Positions 37,741 to 50,879 of a DNA stretch of 64,000 nucleotides are shown piece after piece (the first letter of the stretch is position 1; the number at the start of each line of letters is the position of its first letter). Made by a program: the position numbers and the translations under genes. The notes under the pieces are model-generated. The model saw only the letters and a list, made by a program, of their open reading frames with translations, made no database searches and was not told where the DNA came from. Origin of the DNA: Squalus acanthias (taxonomy: Eukaryota); assembly GCA_030390025.1 (NCBI GenBank), contig CM059433.1, forward strand, positions 3,162,001 through 3,226,000. The letters are read 5' to 3'.

Positions 37741-38879
37741 AGGCTGGTGGAATGGGCGGATACATGGCAGATGAAATTCAATGCAGAAAAGTGTGAGGTG
37801 ACTTATTTTGGTAGGAAGAATGAGGAGAGACAATACATGCTAAAGGGTGCAATTTTTAAGTGGGTGCAAGAACAGAGAGACCTGGGGGTGTTTGTGCACA
37901 AATACTTGAAGGTGGCAGGACAGGTTAATAAAGCAATTAATAAAGCTTATGGGATCGTGGGCTTTATAAATAGAGGCATAGAGTACAAAAGCCAGAAGTT
38001 ATGCTAAACCTTTATAAAACACTAGTTCGGCCCCAGCTGGAGTATTGTGTCCAATTCTAGACACCGCACTTTAGGAAGGACGTGAAGGCTTTGGAGAGGG
38101 TGCAGAAGAGATTTACTAGAATGGTCCCAGGGATGAGGGATTACAGTTACGTGGATAGACTGGAGAAGCTGGGGTTGTTCTCCGTAGAGCAGAGAAGGCT
38201 AAGAGGAGATTTGATAGAGGTGTTTAAAATCATGAAGGGTTTAGATAGAGTAAATAAGGAGAAACTGTTTCCAATGGCTGAAGGGTCGCTAACCAGAGGG
38301 CACAGATTTAAGGTGATTGGCAAAAGAACCAGAGGCGACATGAGGAAAACTTTTTTTACACAACGAGTGGTGAGGATTTGGAATGCGCTGCCTGATAGGG
38401 CGGTGGATACAGATTCAATAGTCGCCTTCAAAAGGGAATTGGATAAATACTTGAAGAAGCAAAAATTGCAGGGATATGGGGAAAGAGCCGGGGAATGGGA
38501 CTAACTGGATGGTTCTTCGAAAGAGCTGGCACAGGCTCGATGGGCCAAATGGCATCCTTCTGTGCTGTACTATTCAATGATTTTATGATTGTCGGGAAGA
38601 TGCCAGTGTTGTAGCTGTACTGGAACAGCTTGGCTAGAGACCCGGCTAGTTCTGGAGCACAGATCTTCAGAACTACAGCTGGGATGTTGTCGGGACTCAT
38701 AGCCCTACATGTCCATTGGTGGCTGTGCTTTCAGCTTCCTGGGCCCTAAGCTCTGGAAATCCCTCCCTAAACCTCTCTGCCTCTCTAACCCTCTCTCCTC
38801 CTTTAAGATGCTCCTTAAAACCTACCTCTTTGACCAAGCTTTTTTTCCTCTGTCCTGATATCTCCTTCTGTGGAGATTT

Positions 38880-39250
38880 CGTGTCCTGATTTGATGCCTA
38901 GGTTATAGCTGAGTGGTCCATCCAGTTTATTTTATTCTTCTCATTTTTTGTAGCGGTTTGATACAACTGAGTGGTTTGCTGGGCCACTACAGAGTCCAGC
39001 GCATTAGTGTGGGCCTCGAGTAACATATCGGCCAGATGGACGGCAGGTTTCCTTCCCTAAAGGACATTATTGCACAGTTGGATTTTTTATGACAATCCGA
39101 CAGTTTCATGGTTACTTTTTATTTTACTGATGCCAGCTCTTTATTCCAGATTTATTATTTGCTTGTTAACTGAATTCAAATTCTCAAAGCTGCCATGGTG
39201 GGATTTGAGCTTATGAGGAATGTTAGTCCAAGAGCATGACCATTACCCTG
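38880..39250 (-). mobile_element. Diverged tRNA-headed 5' end of the family B LINE/SINE
   Basis: Homologous to 4610-4960, including the LINE-side junction. Confidence 0.7.
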
Positions 39251-39494
39251 CCGCATCTTGCTGATCCAATATATATTCTGAAATGGGCACTTTTAATGTG
39301 AGCAAAAATTCAAAGATTGACTTTAGGCTTTCCTAAAGCAATAAGTATAAGCCGGGCAATGAGTGATATTATCATAAGAACAGTTAATGACATGGCGACA
39401 AGTTTTCTCTTTCCACTATTTTAACAGACTTGTTAGCTTGTTTATTTTAAATGGGTTATCACCTGCTTTACAACAGCAGAGAGAAGAATTTTTT

Positions 39495-41732
39495 TACATC
39501 GGATATATGGCACAGAAACAGGCCATTCGGCCCAACCAGTCCATGCCGGCGTTTATGCTCCATTCGAGCCTCCTCCCATTTTTCCTCATCTAAATGCATC
39601 TATACTATTCGCTTCAACCACTCCCTGTGGTAGCGAGTTCCACATTCTCACCACTCTCTGGGTAAAGAAGTTTCTTCTGAATTCCCTATTGGATTTCTTG
39701 GTGACTATCTTATATTGATGGCCTCTAGTTATGCTCTTCCCCACAAGTGGAAACATTCTCTCTGTATCCACTCTATCAAAACCTTTCATAATTTTAAAGA
39801 CCTCTATTAGGTCACCCCTCAGCCTTCTCTTTTCAAGAGAAAAGAGACCCAGCCTGTTCATCCTTTCCTGATATGTATACCCTCGCATTTCTGGTATCAT
39901 CCTTGTAAATCTTCTCTGCACCCTCTCCAGTGCCTCTATATCCTTTTTATAATATAGTGACCAGAATTGCACACAGTACTCTAAGTGTGGTCTAACCAAG
40001 GTTCAATACAAGTTTAGCATCACTTCACTACTTTTCAATTCTATCCCTCTAGAAATAAACCCTAGTGCTTGGTTTGCTTTTTTATGGCCTTGTTAACCTG
40101 TGTTGATACTTTTAGTGATTTGTGTATTTGTACTCCGAGATCCCTTTGTTCCTCTACCCCATTTAGATGCTTATTTTCTAAGTAATATGTGAACTCCCTA
40201 TTTTTCTTACCAAAATGTAATACCTCACATTTATCTGTGTTGAATTTCATTTGCCAATTATATGCCCATTCTACAAGTTTATTAATGTCTTCTTGTAATT
40301 TGCTGCAGTCCTCCTCGGTATTGGCTTTCACCCCCAATTTGGTGTTGTCCGCAAATTTAGAAATTGTGTTTTTGATTCCAAGGTCTAAATCGTTAATATA
40401 AGTTATGAGCAACAATGGTCCCAGCACTGATCCACGTGGAACACCACTACCCACATTCTGCCACTGTGAATAGCTACCTTTTACCCCTACTCTCTCCTTT
40501 CTGTCTTGAAGCCAGCTCGCAATCCATTCTGCTACTTGTTTTTTGGACTTCTCTCCTAATCCCTTCATATTCTCCCTTATCATGCTCTCCCCTGCTGTCC
40601 ATGTACTTAATGTATGCCTCTTTCCTTACCCTCAATTTTTCCCTTATGGCTTTATTCATCCACGGTGTCTCATTAGTGTTTAGCTTGTTCTTGTTTATTA
40701 GTGGAATATACTTTTCCTGGACTCTGTTGAACACCATTTTAAATGTTTACCATTGCTGTTCTACATTGTTGTTTGCTAATATTGTTGTCCATTTTATTTT
40801 CCCAAGTTCTGTTCTCAGCCCCTCAAAATCAGCTTTTCTCCAATTTATTACCTTGGTCTTTGTCATACCTATGTCCTTCTCAATTATTATCTTAAAGTGT
40901 ATTATATTATGGTCACTATTGCCTAGATGTTCCCTACTTTTACTTCTCTTATCTGCTCTGGTTCATTCCCCATTACTAGATCCAATAGCAAATCCTCCCT
41001 TCTTGGGCTTTTTACATATTGGGTTAGAAAGGAGTCCTGTACACATTGTACGAACTCCATTCCCTTATCCCCTTTACCTACTTCTTCTGTCCAATTAATA
41101 TCTGGGTAGTTGAAATCCCCCATGATTATTATTCTATGTTTTTTACTCATTTCCCTAATTTGTCTGCATATTTCTTCCTCCACCTCCCTTCTGCTATTAA
41201 GTGACCTATAGACTACCCCTATTAGTGCATTTGATCCTTTATTATCTTTTATCTCTATCCATATGGATTCTATTTTTGTCTTGCTGATAGCTGCGTCACT
41301 TGTTTCTACTGCCATTATGTTATCCCTAATAAGTACAGTTACTCCACCTCCCCTTTCCCCCTCTCTATCTTTTCTAATTATGTTATACCCTGCAATGTTT
41401 AATTCCCAGTCCTGATTTTTCTGTAGCCATGTCTCAGTAATCCCTACTATGTCTGGTTCCTCACAACACATGATTGCCTCCAGCTCCCCTCTTTTATTAC
41501 GGACACAGTGTTCATTGCTGTACAGAAAGGTTAACTCATGTTTAATAACAATTCCTCTCACTTTAATTTTAACCATCTTTTTAAACTCCTGTTCTATAAC
41601 TCTATTTATTCCCTGGCCATCAATGTCCTCCTTTACTTTACTCTTTCCTATGCTCTCCTTTCCTGTTGGGTTTATATTTAGTCTGGTTTCATTTCTTGTA
41701 GATCCCTCCCCACCCCCCTTCTTACTAGTTTA
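39495..41732 (-). mobile_element. CR1 LINE ORF2 with internal deletions
   Basis: ORFs 40923..41576 (APE), 40062..40583 (RT) and 39586..39999 (C-terminus). Confidence 0.92.
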
Positions 41733-42923
41733 ATTTAAAATGAACATGTTGAGCATTTGTATACTGTCACTCACAGTAACTTCTAAGGTATAATTATTTT
41801 CATTTAAGCTGGCTTGTCAGCAGTTTAAACATAAGCATAATGTGGTGCCTTGTCACTTTGTTCCTCTCAGTTAAAACAAAATAATTGCACGTATCAACTG
41901 CCAAGTAAAAATTAAATAGCAAAATAATTTTCCAAAATGCCAGGGCTAAAAGTAAACTAAAATCAAAACAGTAAACAATTCTACAATTTCCATATTGTGC
42001 GAGACTGAACCTTCACGGAGTTCTTTGTTAACCTCTGCCTATATATCGGTGTAACGAGAAGTAGACTAATAGACTGCTGATCCAGCAAAAGTGTACAACA
42101 CTTATGCTCAGTTTCTGGCAGATCCTGACTGTAAAATTGTCAATCAAAATAGACTTCAAGGGACCTTGGAAAGCCCTCTCTTTAGAAATGTGCGACCAGC
42201 CAATCACTGACTTTCAGAACAAAGCAGAGCTGTGAACCATGGTAAACTAGACCGTCGTGGATACAAACATCACAGCTCCAGTATCTTTGACGGCTTCGTA
42301 TAACAGCAAATTAAACAGTGTCTTACTATGGGAAAAATCAAGCCCAATGATCCATATTAATTGTTTCTATCGCCTGGGTGAGTTGTGAGTCTTCTCTCAC
42401 TTGTTCAACAACTGAACTTCTATTCCCGATAGCGGGTGTTTCTGTTTTATAAAACCCCATGGCACCACTTGAATACAGTGGGCAGCTTAGCAGGAAAATC
42501 ATGGCAAATGTACCCAAAATTTTTGGATAAACTGCTCATTGCATTAAAGGGCTGGGAAGGGGAGTCTCAGAAATGTTTGATTATTCCATCCAGACAGACT
42601 GATCTCAGCAAGCAATAACCCATTTAAAGTAGCCACAATACGGGAACTGTTACAAAAGCATAACAAAAAATTATATGATATTAAGCAGGACAGATCTCCG
42701 TTCTGTCCCAGTGGCATCATTTAATCAATGTCATACGATCAATCCATTTGCCCAACCTAAACATCATTTAATATTGGATCAAATCATTTTCTGACCATTC
42801 TTTTCATTCACTCCCAAACTCTAATGCTTTAAGCTCCATCAAACCTACAGGTTAAAACAAATGCCTGCTGCTAACTGTTTACAAAATGCTGCACAAGAAC
42901 ATAAGAGTTAGGAGCAGGAGTCG

Positions 42924-43034
42924 GCCATACGGCCCCTCGAGCCTGCTCCGCCATTCGGCCCCTCGAGTCTGCTCCGCCATTCGGCCCCTCGAGCCTGCTC
43001 CGCCATTCGGCCCCTCGAGCCTGCTCCGCCATTC
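42924..43034. repeat. 4.3 x 26-bp tandem repeat in the CR1 3' UTR
   Basis: Unit GCCATTCGGCCCCTCGAGCCTGCTCC starts at 42924, 42950, 42976 and 43002. Confidence 0.95.
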
Positions 43035-43493
43035 AATAAGATCATGGCTGATCTTCAACCTCAACTTCACTTTCCTGCCCGATCTCCATATCCCTTGATT
43101 CCCCTAGAGTCCAAAAATCTATCTGAGCCTTGAATATACTCAACGACTGAGCATTCACAGCCCTCTGGGTAAAGAATTCCAAAGATTCACAACCCTCTGA
43201 GTGAAGAAATTTCTCCTCATCTCAGTCTTAAATGGCCGACCCCTTATCCTGAGACTGTGTCCCTTAGTTCTAGACACTCCAGCCAGGGGGAAACAACCTC
43301 TCAGCTTCTACCCTGTCAATACCCCTCAAAATCTTGTATGTTTCAATGAGGTCACCTCTCATTCTTCTAAACTCCAGAGAGTATAGGCCCAATCTACTCA
43401 ATCTCTCCTCATAGGACAGCCCTCTCATCCCAGGGATCAATCCAGTGAACCTTCGTTGCAACGCCTCGAAGGCAAGTATGTCATTTCTCAGAT

Positions 43494-44112
43494 CTTCTTC
43501 TTCTCTTCTTCTTAGGCAGTCCCTCGGAACCGAGGATGACTTGCTTCCACATTAAAAATGAGTTCTCAGATGACTGATGAGTCCAATGCGGGACCTACAG
43601 TCTCTGTCACAGGTGGGGCAGACGGTGGTTGAAGGGGCAGGTGGGTGGGGTGCTTGGGTTGACGTGCGCTCCTTGCGCTGCCTGCGCTTGGCTTCCGCTT
43701 GCTCCCGGCGAAGAGACTCGAGGTGTTCGGCACCTTCCCGGATGCTTCTCCTCCACTTTGTGCGGTCTTGTGCCAGGGATTTCCAGTTGTCGGTGGGGAT
43801 GTTACACTTTTTCAAGGAGGCTTTGAGGGTGTCCTTGAAGCATTTCCTCTGCCCACCTGGGGCTCTCTTGCCGTGCCAGAGCTCCGAGTCTCGTATCGGG
43901 CATGCAGACAATGTGACCCATCCATCGGAGCTGATCGAGCGTGGTCAAAGCTTCGATGCTGGGGATGTTGGCCTGAGCGAGAACACTGACGTTGGTGCGC
44001 CTATCCTGCCAATGGATTTGCAGGATCTTACGGAGGCAGCATTGGTGGTACCTCTCCAGTGCTTTGAGGTGCCTGCTGTACATGGTCCATGTCTCTGAGG
44101 CATACAGCAGGG
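43494..44112 (-). mobile_element. RTE-clade LINE 3' fragment
   Basis: LLYASETWT, QLRW.GH, C-terminal CPTC...SRIGLISH; (AAG)n tail; 12-bp TSD CATTTCTCAGAT (43482-43493, 44113-44124). Confidence 0.92.
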
Positions 44113-44884
44113 CATTTCTCAGATAAGGAGACCAAAACTGTGCACAGTACTCCAGGTGCGGTCTCACCAAAGCCCTGTAGTAAGACTTCCTTACTCTTAT
44201 ACTCCAACCCCCTTGCAATAAAGGCCAACATGCCATTTGCCTTCCTAATTGCGTGCTGTACCTGCATGCTAACTTACTATGTTTCCTGTTCAAGGACACC
44301 TAAATCTCTCTGAACACCAACATTTAATAGTTTCTCACCATTTAAAAAATATTCTGTTTTTCTATTCTTCCTAAAGTGAATAACCTCACATTTCCCCACA
44401 TTATACTCCATCTGCCACCTTATTGCCCACTCACTTAACCTGCCTACATCCCTTTGCAGGCTCTTTGTGTCCTCCTCACAGCTTACTGTCCCACCTAGCT
44501 TTGTATCGTCAGCAAACTTGGATACATTGCACTCAGTCCCTTCATCTAAGTCATTAATATAGATGGTAAATAACTGAGGCCCCAACACTGATCCTTGCAG
44601 CACCCCACTAGTTACAGTCTGCCAACTGGAAAATGACCCGTTTATCCCGACTCTCTGTTTTCTGTCTGTTAACCAATCCTCTATCCATGCTAATATATTA
44701 CCCCCAACCCCATGAGCCCTTATCTTGCGCACCTTATCGAATGTCTTTTGGAAATCCAAATATACTACAGCCACTGGTTTCCCTTTATCTGCCTTGCTAG
44801 TTACATCCTGAAAAAACTCGAATAAATTTATTAAACACGATTTCTCTTTCATAAAACCATGTTGACTCTGCCTAATCATACAGA

Positions 44885-45860
44885 GTGGTAAGAACAGACA
44901 CCAAGCAGTAATAGAAGACTTGGTGATGTAAACAAAGATGTGGTCGAAGAGGTAGGTTTAATGGAGGCATTTGAAGGTGGGGGGAGAGGTAGAAAAGCAG
45001 AGAGGTTTAGGGAGAGTTCCTGAGTGTGGGGCCTAGATAGCTAAAGACCCTGCCACTGAAGAGTGGATCCAAAGAGGCCTGATGTTGGAAGAGAGGCAGG
45101 CTTGCACCACCTTGTAGGTTTGGACCAGAATTATTGGCTCGAATGAGAGACCTTGAAAGACTCGATAGAGATGAGACATTACAGCCAGTAAAAGGGAGTT
45201 ATCAAACAGGTTAAGAGTGACAGCAATGTCTATGGGTGTTAGCCCAGAAGAGAAGAAGTTAGGCATTAGAGAGGCAACTGGGAAGAAGTCTCTTCCCGGG
45301 TGACAGGAGTGAAATTTAGGGCTGGCAAGGAGATGTTTGATGTTGAGGAAAGGGTCAAAGTGATCAGAGATGATTTGTCCTGTGATTGAAATCTCAGACA
45401 TTACAAAGTTTTAAGTGTTGACAAAGTTGGGGAAATGGGTGGAGCTGTTGATATGCAGGGATAGCGAGGAAGTTGGAATAGCTTGTTCCTGGAGAGGGTG
45501 CTAGGTGAGAGTTGCTGGGTAGAGGGGAATGAGGAAATGTGTGTTGCTGCTTTGAGAAAAGCAATGGTATGTATCAGCGTGGACTCCAAGGGTGGATTAG
45601 AGTAACGTTATGTGCCTTTCCAGGAGGGGCTCAATCCTGGGACAGTAGCAGGAAAGGAGATCAATGAAAGATTAACAGAGGTTAGGTTAGGGGACCAAGA
45701 GAGGCATAGAATGTTGGGATGGATAAGCAGGAAGTTTAGACAAGAGTAGAAGAGGAAGGATAGGCCAGAGGAGTTGAAGAAGGCAGAGTTTGTCCAGCGG
45801 GAGTGGAAGGGGAGCTTGGATCCAGAGCAACAGCCTAAATGCGCAATCAGTTGAAAACAA
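44885..45860 (-). mobile_element. Old, decayed L2-like fragment
   Basis: Patchy similarity to 36760-37700, e.g. AGAGGTAGGTTT and AGAGGTTTAGGGAG. Confidence 0.55.
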
Positions 45861-48489
45861 AGAAATATCACAAAGAAGAACATTCATTAATAGCCAGGAT
45901 TATACAGAAAAAACCCTGGCATAGTGGAAGGGAAAAGGGCAGGGTCAGTGAAAGGTGTGCCTAACTAACTTCACTGGGGACCCCCACAATCCTCAGACAA
46001 GATATTAATATCACCAAATCCATTAGATAGAATTGCATATGCTACAGACCTCAGTGACAACAATTCTGAGCACTGAAATTCATAACAGAACTCATTTCTG
46101 ATTTGAGGTTTTGCTGGAAGCACAAAAGCTCACACGTAGCTCACACTCCTTTGCAACCGCAGTCAGCTTTACCACACACACACACATATACACCGTGCAT
46201 TCATTACATCATAAATAAATGCACTAAGAGTTTGCACAATATGGCTTCATACAGATTAGAATTAATTACATAAATTAGTATTATCAAGAATAAGCCATTG
46301 CCTGTACTGTGAGTACAACATGCAACATAAATTATAACTCAATGGGTGAAATCATCCTGTGTAGAACCATTAAGGCTACTTGAGCATTAATTAGGCCATA
46401 AAGATGGTGAATAACCATCAAGGTAATACTACAGTTCTGCCCGATTTTCTGCATTTAAAGATTTACTATTGATGTTAAGTCAAAGCAATGCAAATGTCAG
46501 CACCTTAATACCTGGCTGCAATCCACTGAACTGGACTTTCTTTCATCATCCCATCCCAAAATAGGTGGGATAGTGGTAGAAAGATGTGCTGATGGGGTTA
46601 GATGAAGTAGGGTGGGGAGGTGGCTTGTGTGGAGCATAAACACCGGCACGGACCAATTGGGCCGAATGGCCTGTTTCTGTGCTGTAAATTCCATGTAATT
46701 CTATGTAACATGGGAAAAAAATCAGTTGGCAAGATCTACTGCTGCACCTCTGGCCCAAGCTGAAGCTTCTCCCTCTGCTTCTCACCCCAGAAGGCTGTCG
46801 GCTACCCCTTCGCATGTGAGTGCCGTCGGTGAGAAGGGGACTGGGATTCTAGCAGATTTGCCTTCTTGCTGCTGCTGTCGCCGCTGACCTCAGGGAGTGC
46901 CAACAGAAGCGTGGCAGAAGGTCCTGGGGTAGTGGCAGCAAGCTCCTTAGTGTGCTGCGTGGAGGGAGAGAGAGGGCCTCGGAGTGGCTTCCTCTCCCTC
47001 CATGATGGCCCCAGAGAATTACCTGCTGAACACCTCAGTGCAGTCCGAGGCCCTCAGAACAAAAGTTGCCAAAATATTTGGGCTCTTCTACCCTCTTTAA
47101 GATCTTCTCTGCCTCAGCACCATTGCCTCATTGCCCTCCGCTACAGCAGCGTGCTTCCTCTTGGTGGTAGGGTTCCCATCGTAAGCTTGTTCTGCGTACC
47201 TTCTGAGCCCCGACCCAGAAACATAAGTTAGGGTTATGATGGGGCCAAACAGAAGTTCCGTCCCACTGCAATTCCACTAACAACCGGCAGATCCAGCTCA
47301 CTTAATCTTCGTTAACAAGTGTGACTTAGTTTATGTTAATGATAGATCCAAAATGCCTCATTTAATTCTGACAGGTAGCTTTTCCAAATGAAGCACCCGG
47401 CAATTTAAAAAAAAAAAGGAATGGACGGAAAATCCTGTGGAGCCTGCTGACCTCTGCACCTAAACTCCCAGTTATGTTCTCACGGCCGGCAAAGGACATC
47501 TCAGGAAGCAGAAGCAGTGGGTCTTCAAGTTTCAGTCATTTTCCTCTCAACTGACCTGCCCAGTCAAAACTGGGAGTCCAAGCGTTAAGATTGCTACGGG
47601 TAACTTTACCGCCAGTTTGCATATTCTGCTTTTGGCTTAATACATTGATAAGTACTTCAGCTGGTGAACAGAAAGTAGCAATTGATCCAATTGTAGGGAG
47701 CAGGTCCAATCAACTAAAGTTGAATGCATATTCTGAACTTCAAAGGGATGTACAATATGACTGTTATAAGACACAAGGAACCAGATTGCCTTGTTTCTGG
47801 TGGAGAAGGACGTCCCCTGGCTTGTGCGGCCCCCACTGTTATTCCTCTAAAGTTTCCCAGAGTGCCTCTCATTATGTTTTACGGGGCAGGATTAGAATGG
47901 TGAAGCCACTAGCTTACTGGAGCAGGAAAGGAGAGAAGTCAAGTTGTGCTGCAGCATTTTAAACGCAAGCAGCTGATTAAAGAGCCAGACGCTTTTTGCT
48001 ATTTCTCGAACAACACCATAGGAAGTGAAAGACTGCAAGAATGGCTGTAGGAATAACAGCCTTAGGGGGGGGGGAGAAGGGTGGTGATGGGGGAGAGGGG
48101 GAGAATGGGGGGCTAGTGGGGGAGTGGGATGGGAAGGGATGGTCAGAAGCTGGGGGATCCCCTAAATTTTATGATGCATTGCTGAAGTGGGGACTAGTAG
48201 GAATGGAATTCTGGGGCCCGCGTACAGGTGGTACAAACATGATCGAGGCAGGTGCAAAGGCAGTCACTCTGCAAACTGCCACAAAGTACAGAAAGAGGTT
48301 TACTGACATCACAAGATTGGTCAAGGTAAGTGTAGGCACTATTCGCCAGAACTCTTTCCCCCCCCCCCCCCCGCCCCCCTATCAGGCCCTTTCTTATTGG
48401 CTGGGTGAAAGGAAACCTGCACTATTCACCAGCAAACTCTGAAACCAATAATGCACCTTGTAAACACAATGCCACTTGACCTCACTTGA

Positions 48490-49163
48490 CAACCCTCTCA
48501 TCCCAGGAATTAATCTAGTGAGCCTTCATTGCACCACCTCTAAGGCAAGTATATCCTTCCTCAGGTAAGGAGACCAAAACTGTGCACAGTACACCAGGTG
48601 TGGTCTCACCAAAGCCCTGTACAATTGTAGAAATACTTTTTTATTTTTGTACTCCAACCCCCTTGCAATAAAGGCCAACATGCCATTTCCCTTCCTAATT
48701 GCTTGCTGTACCTATATGGTAACTCGCTGTGTTTCCTGTACGAGGACATCTAAATCTCTCTGAACACCAACATTTAATAGTTTCTCACCATTTAAAAAAT
48801 ATTCTGTTTTTCTATTCTTCCTACCAAAGTGAATAACCTCACATTTCCCCACATTATACTTTATCTGCCACCTTATTGCCCACTCACTTAACTTGTCAAT
48901 ATCCCTTTGCAGGCTCTTTGTGTCCTCCTCATAGCTTACTGTCCCACCTAACTTTGTATCAGCAGCAAACTTGGATACATTACACTTGGTCCCTTCATCT
49001 AAGTCATTAATATAGATTGTAAATAGTTGACGCCCAAGCACTGATCCTTGCGGCACCCCACTAGTTACAACCTGCCAACCTGAAAATGACCCAATTTTCC
49101 CTACTCTCTGTTTTCTGTCCATTAACCAATCCTCTATCCATGCTAATATATTACCCCCAACCA
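48490..49163 (-). mobile_element. CR1 LINE fragment
   Basis: ORF 48712..49122 with RT motifs. Confidence 0.9.
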
Positions 49164-50879
49164 GATGTCAGTGTTTGTGAAGACAGGGCCAGAGAGAGCA
49201 GTTTGTTTCAGCTTCATGTTAAATTGGCATTGGCTGGACCACTATTTCTTCAAAAATCCATACGACTATTCACATAGTTAAAGATATTTTTGTGTTTATA
49301 ATATCCACGTGGAAGGTTTGGAGGAAGGAAGAACCTCTTTGAGGAACAGCCTGGCCCCTCAAGCTAGATAACTTATGCCCCATCTCGCCAACTCTATCAT
49401 GACACCTTAAATGTTTCAGCACCAGTCCAGAGGCACACACTTGAAAGAAATAGTTAGCAAGTCAGAAGCGATTCCTCCACTGCACACATCAGCAAGACAA
49501 TGCAGGTAGTGTGTCATGCCGTGCAAAACACTCTGGAGAGTGTGGCAGTCCTCACTCTGGAGATCTGTGGCAACAGGGCGTCAGGAGGAGGTACTAAGGA
49601 CATTGGTGGCTACCATTGCTTCAGCAGAAGCCTTGAGAGCCAGCCTTAAAGCAACACCTTCACAGGGCTTACAAGATTTAATTTGGTCTGTCCAGTCTGT
49701 TCTCACACTGAAGCGCCTCTGAGGCAGTGGGCTGCAAGGATTGATAACAGATGTCACTGTCTCTCATGAAAGTGGTAATGAGCCTACTTCCTGAAGGGCC
49801 TCTGCAATTCCAACTCATGAGGGAACTTCAGACCTAGACCTGGCATCCCTTGACATAGCAAGAGAAAGGAATGCGCCCACAGGTCCCTCAGAGTCTTTGA
49901 AGGCTCCAACAAAAATGCCCCAGCCACCCATCTCTCAACCTTTTGTGACTCAGGCAGCACCAGGTAAGAGGTTTGGAGCATGTTAGTAAGAATTTAGGCA
50001 CAGGGTAGACATGGTGGTAAAAAATAGTAGAAGTCAGTGTCTGAAATTATTATAATTTGGTAAAAGCTCTGACTACCTTTTTCTGGATGTTTGCAACTTA
50101 ATGGACTGAGTTTGATGAAATATGAGATATCTATTATTGAGGCAGGGTACCTTTGGGAATACCGGTCTTAATGAGACAATTGGGGGGCTGGGGAATGGGT
50201 GAACAGCCATGAGGGAAGGATTTTTATTTCTCTGTACAATTTTTTTATTATTAAAAATTATCAACAATAAACTGCTGCATCCTTTGACTGGCATCATGAT
50301 GATGGATCTCTTGCTCTTCCTCCTCTTCTGCCTCTGCCATTTGCTGTTGCTGTGAGGATAGTGGGCCAGCTTCCTCTTGGTTATATTTGTCCTCTTCAGC
50401 TTCACGAAGTAGTAATCCTTTCTGCATAGCAATATTATTCAGCATGCATACTGTTATTAGACTGTACTGCAGGGCTCTGCCAGATTTGTCCAGCCACCTG
50501 ATACGAGACTTCAGACTGCCAGTGGTTTGTCCGAATGCTCTTGTTGTAGTCCCATGGGCTTCATTATATTTGTTGTCCCCCTCTGTCTGCAGATGCCATA
50601 TTGGCCTCATTAGCCATGACTGCAGGGGATATTCCTGGTCACAAATCAACCATCCTGATGCACGGTTTTGAAGCAGCATGATTAGTATGGAGGATTGTCA
50701 CATGGTAAAAGTCTCATGACAGTTTCCTGGGTCACACACCAGTTAGATGTTGACAGAATGAAATCTTTTCCTCTTAATGAAATTGACGGGGTTGTCATAA
50801 TGGGATTTAAAGGTCACGTGTGTTCTGTCAATTGTTCTCCGCACCATTCGAAAATGTTCTACAGAATTGCACTGCATGT

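Larger units (their letters stand above)
31310..38589 (+). mobile_element. Fragmented CR1 ORF2 (endonuclease to 3' UTR) in three pieces: 31310-32825, 36195-36634, 37741-38589
   Basis: APE motifs (ETW, GGGVA, YRPP, MGDFN), RT motifs ([13 protein letters not shown]) and the C-terminus are collinear across the Harbinger and L2 insertions. Confidence 0.85.
42893..44880 (-). mobile_element. CR1 LINE, interrupted by RTE
   Basis: ORF 44277..44879 (QHGF, KFADD) and 3' UTR at 42893-43090. Confidence 0.92.

Noticed and set aside
42924..43034. CRISPR-like array
   Set aside because: The units abut with no spacers, the sequence is CR1 3' UTR, and the context is eukaryotic with no cas genes.
43802..44299. 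Novel CR1-RTE fusion protein
   Set aside because: Chance in-frame read-through at an RTE insertion with a clear 12-bp TSD; both parts are truncated.
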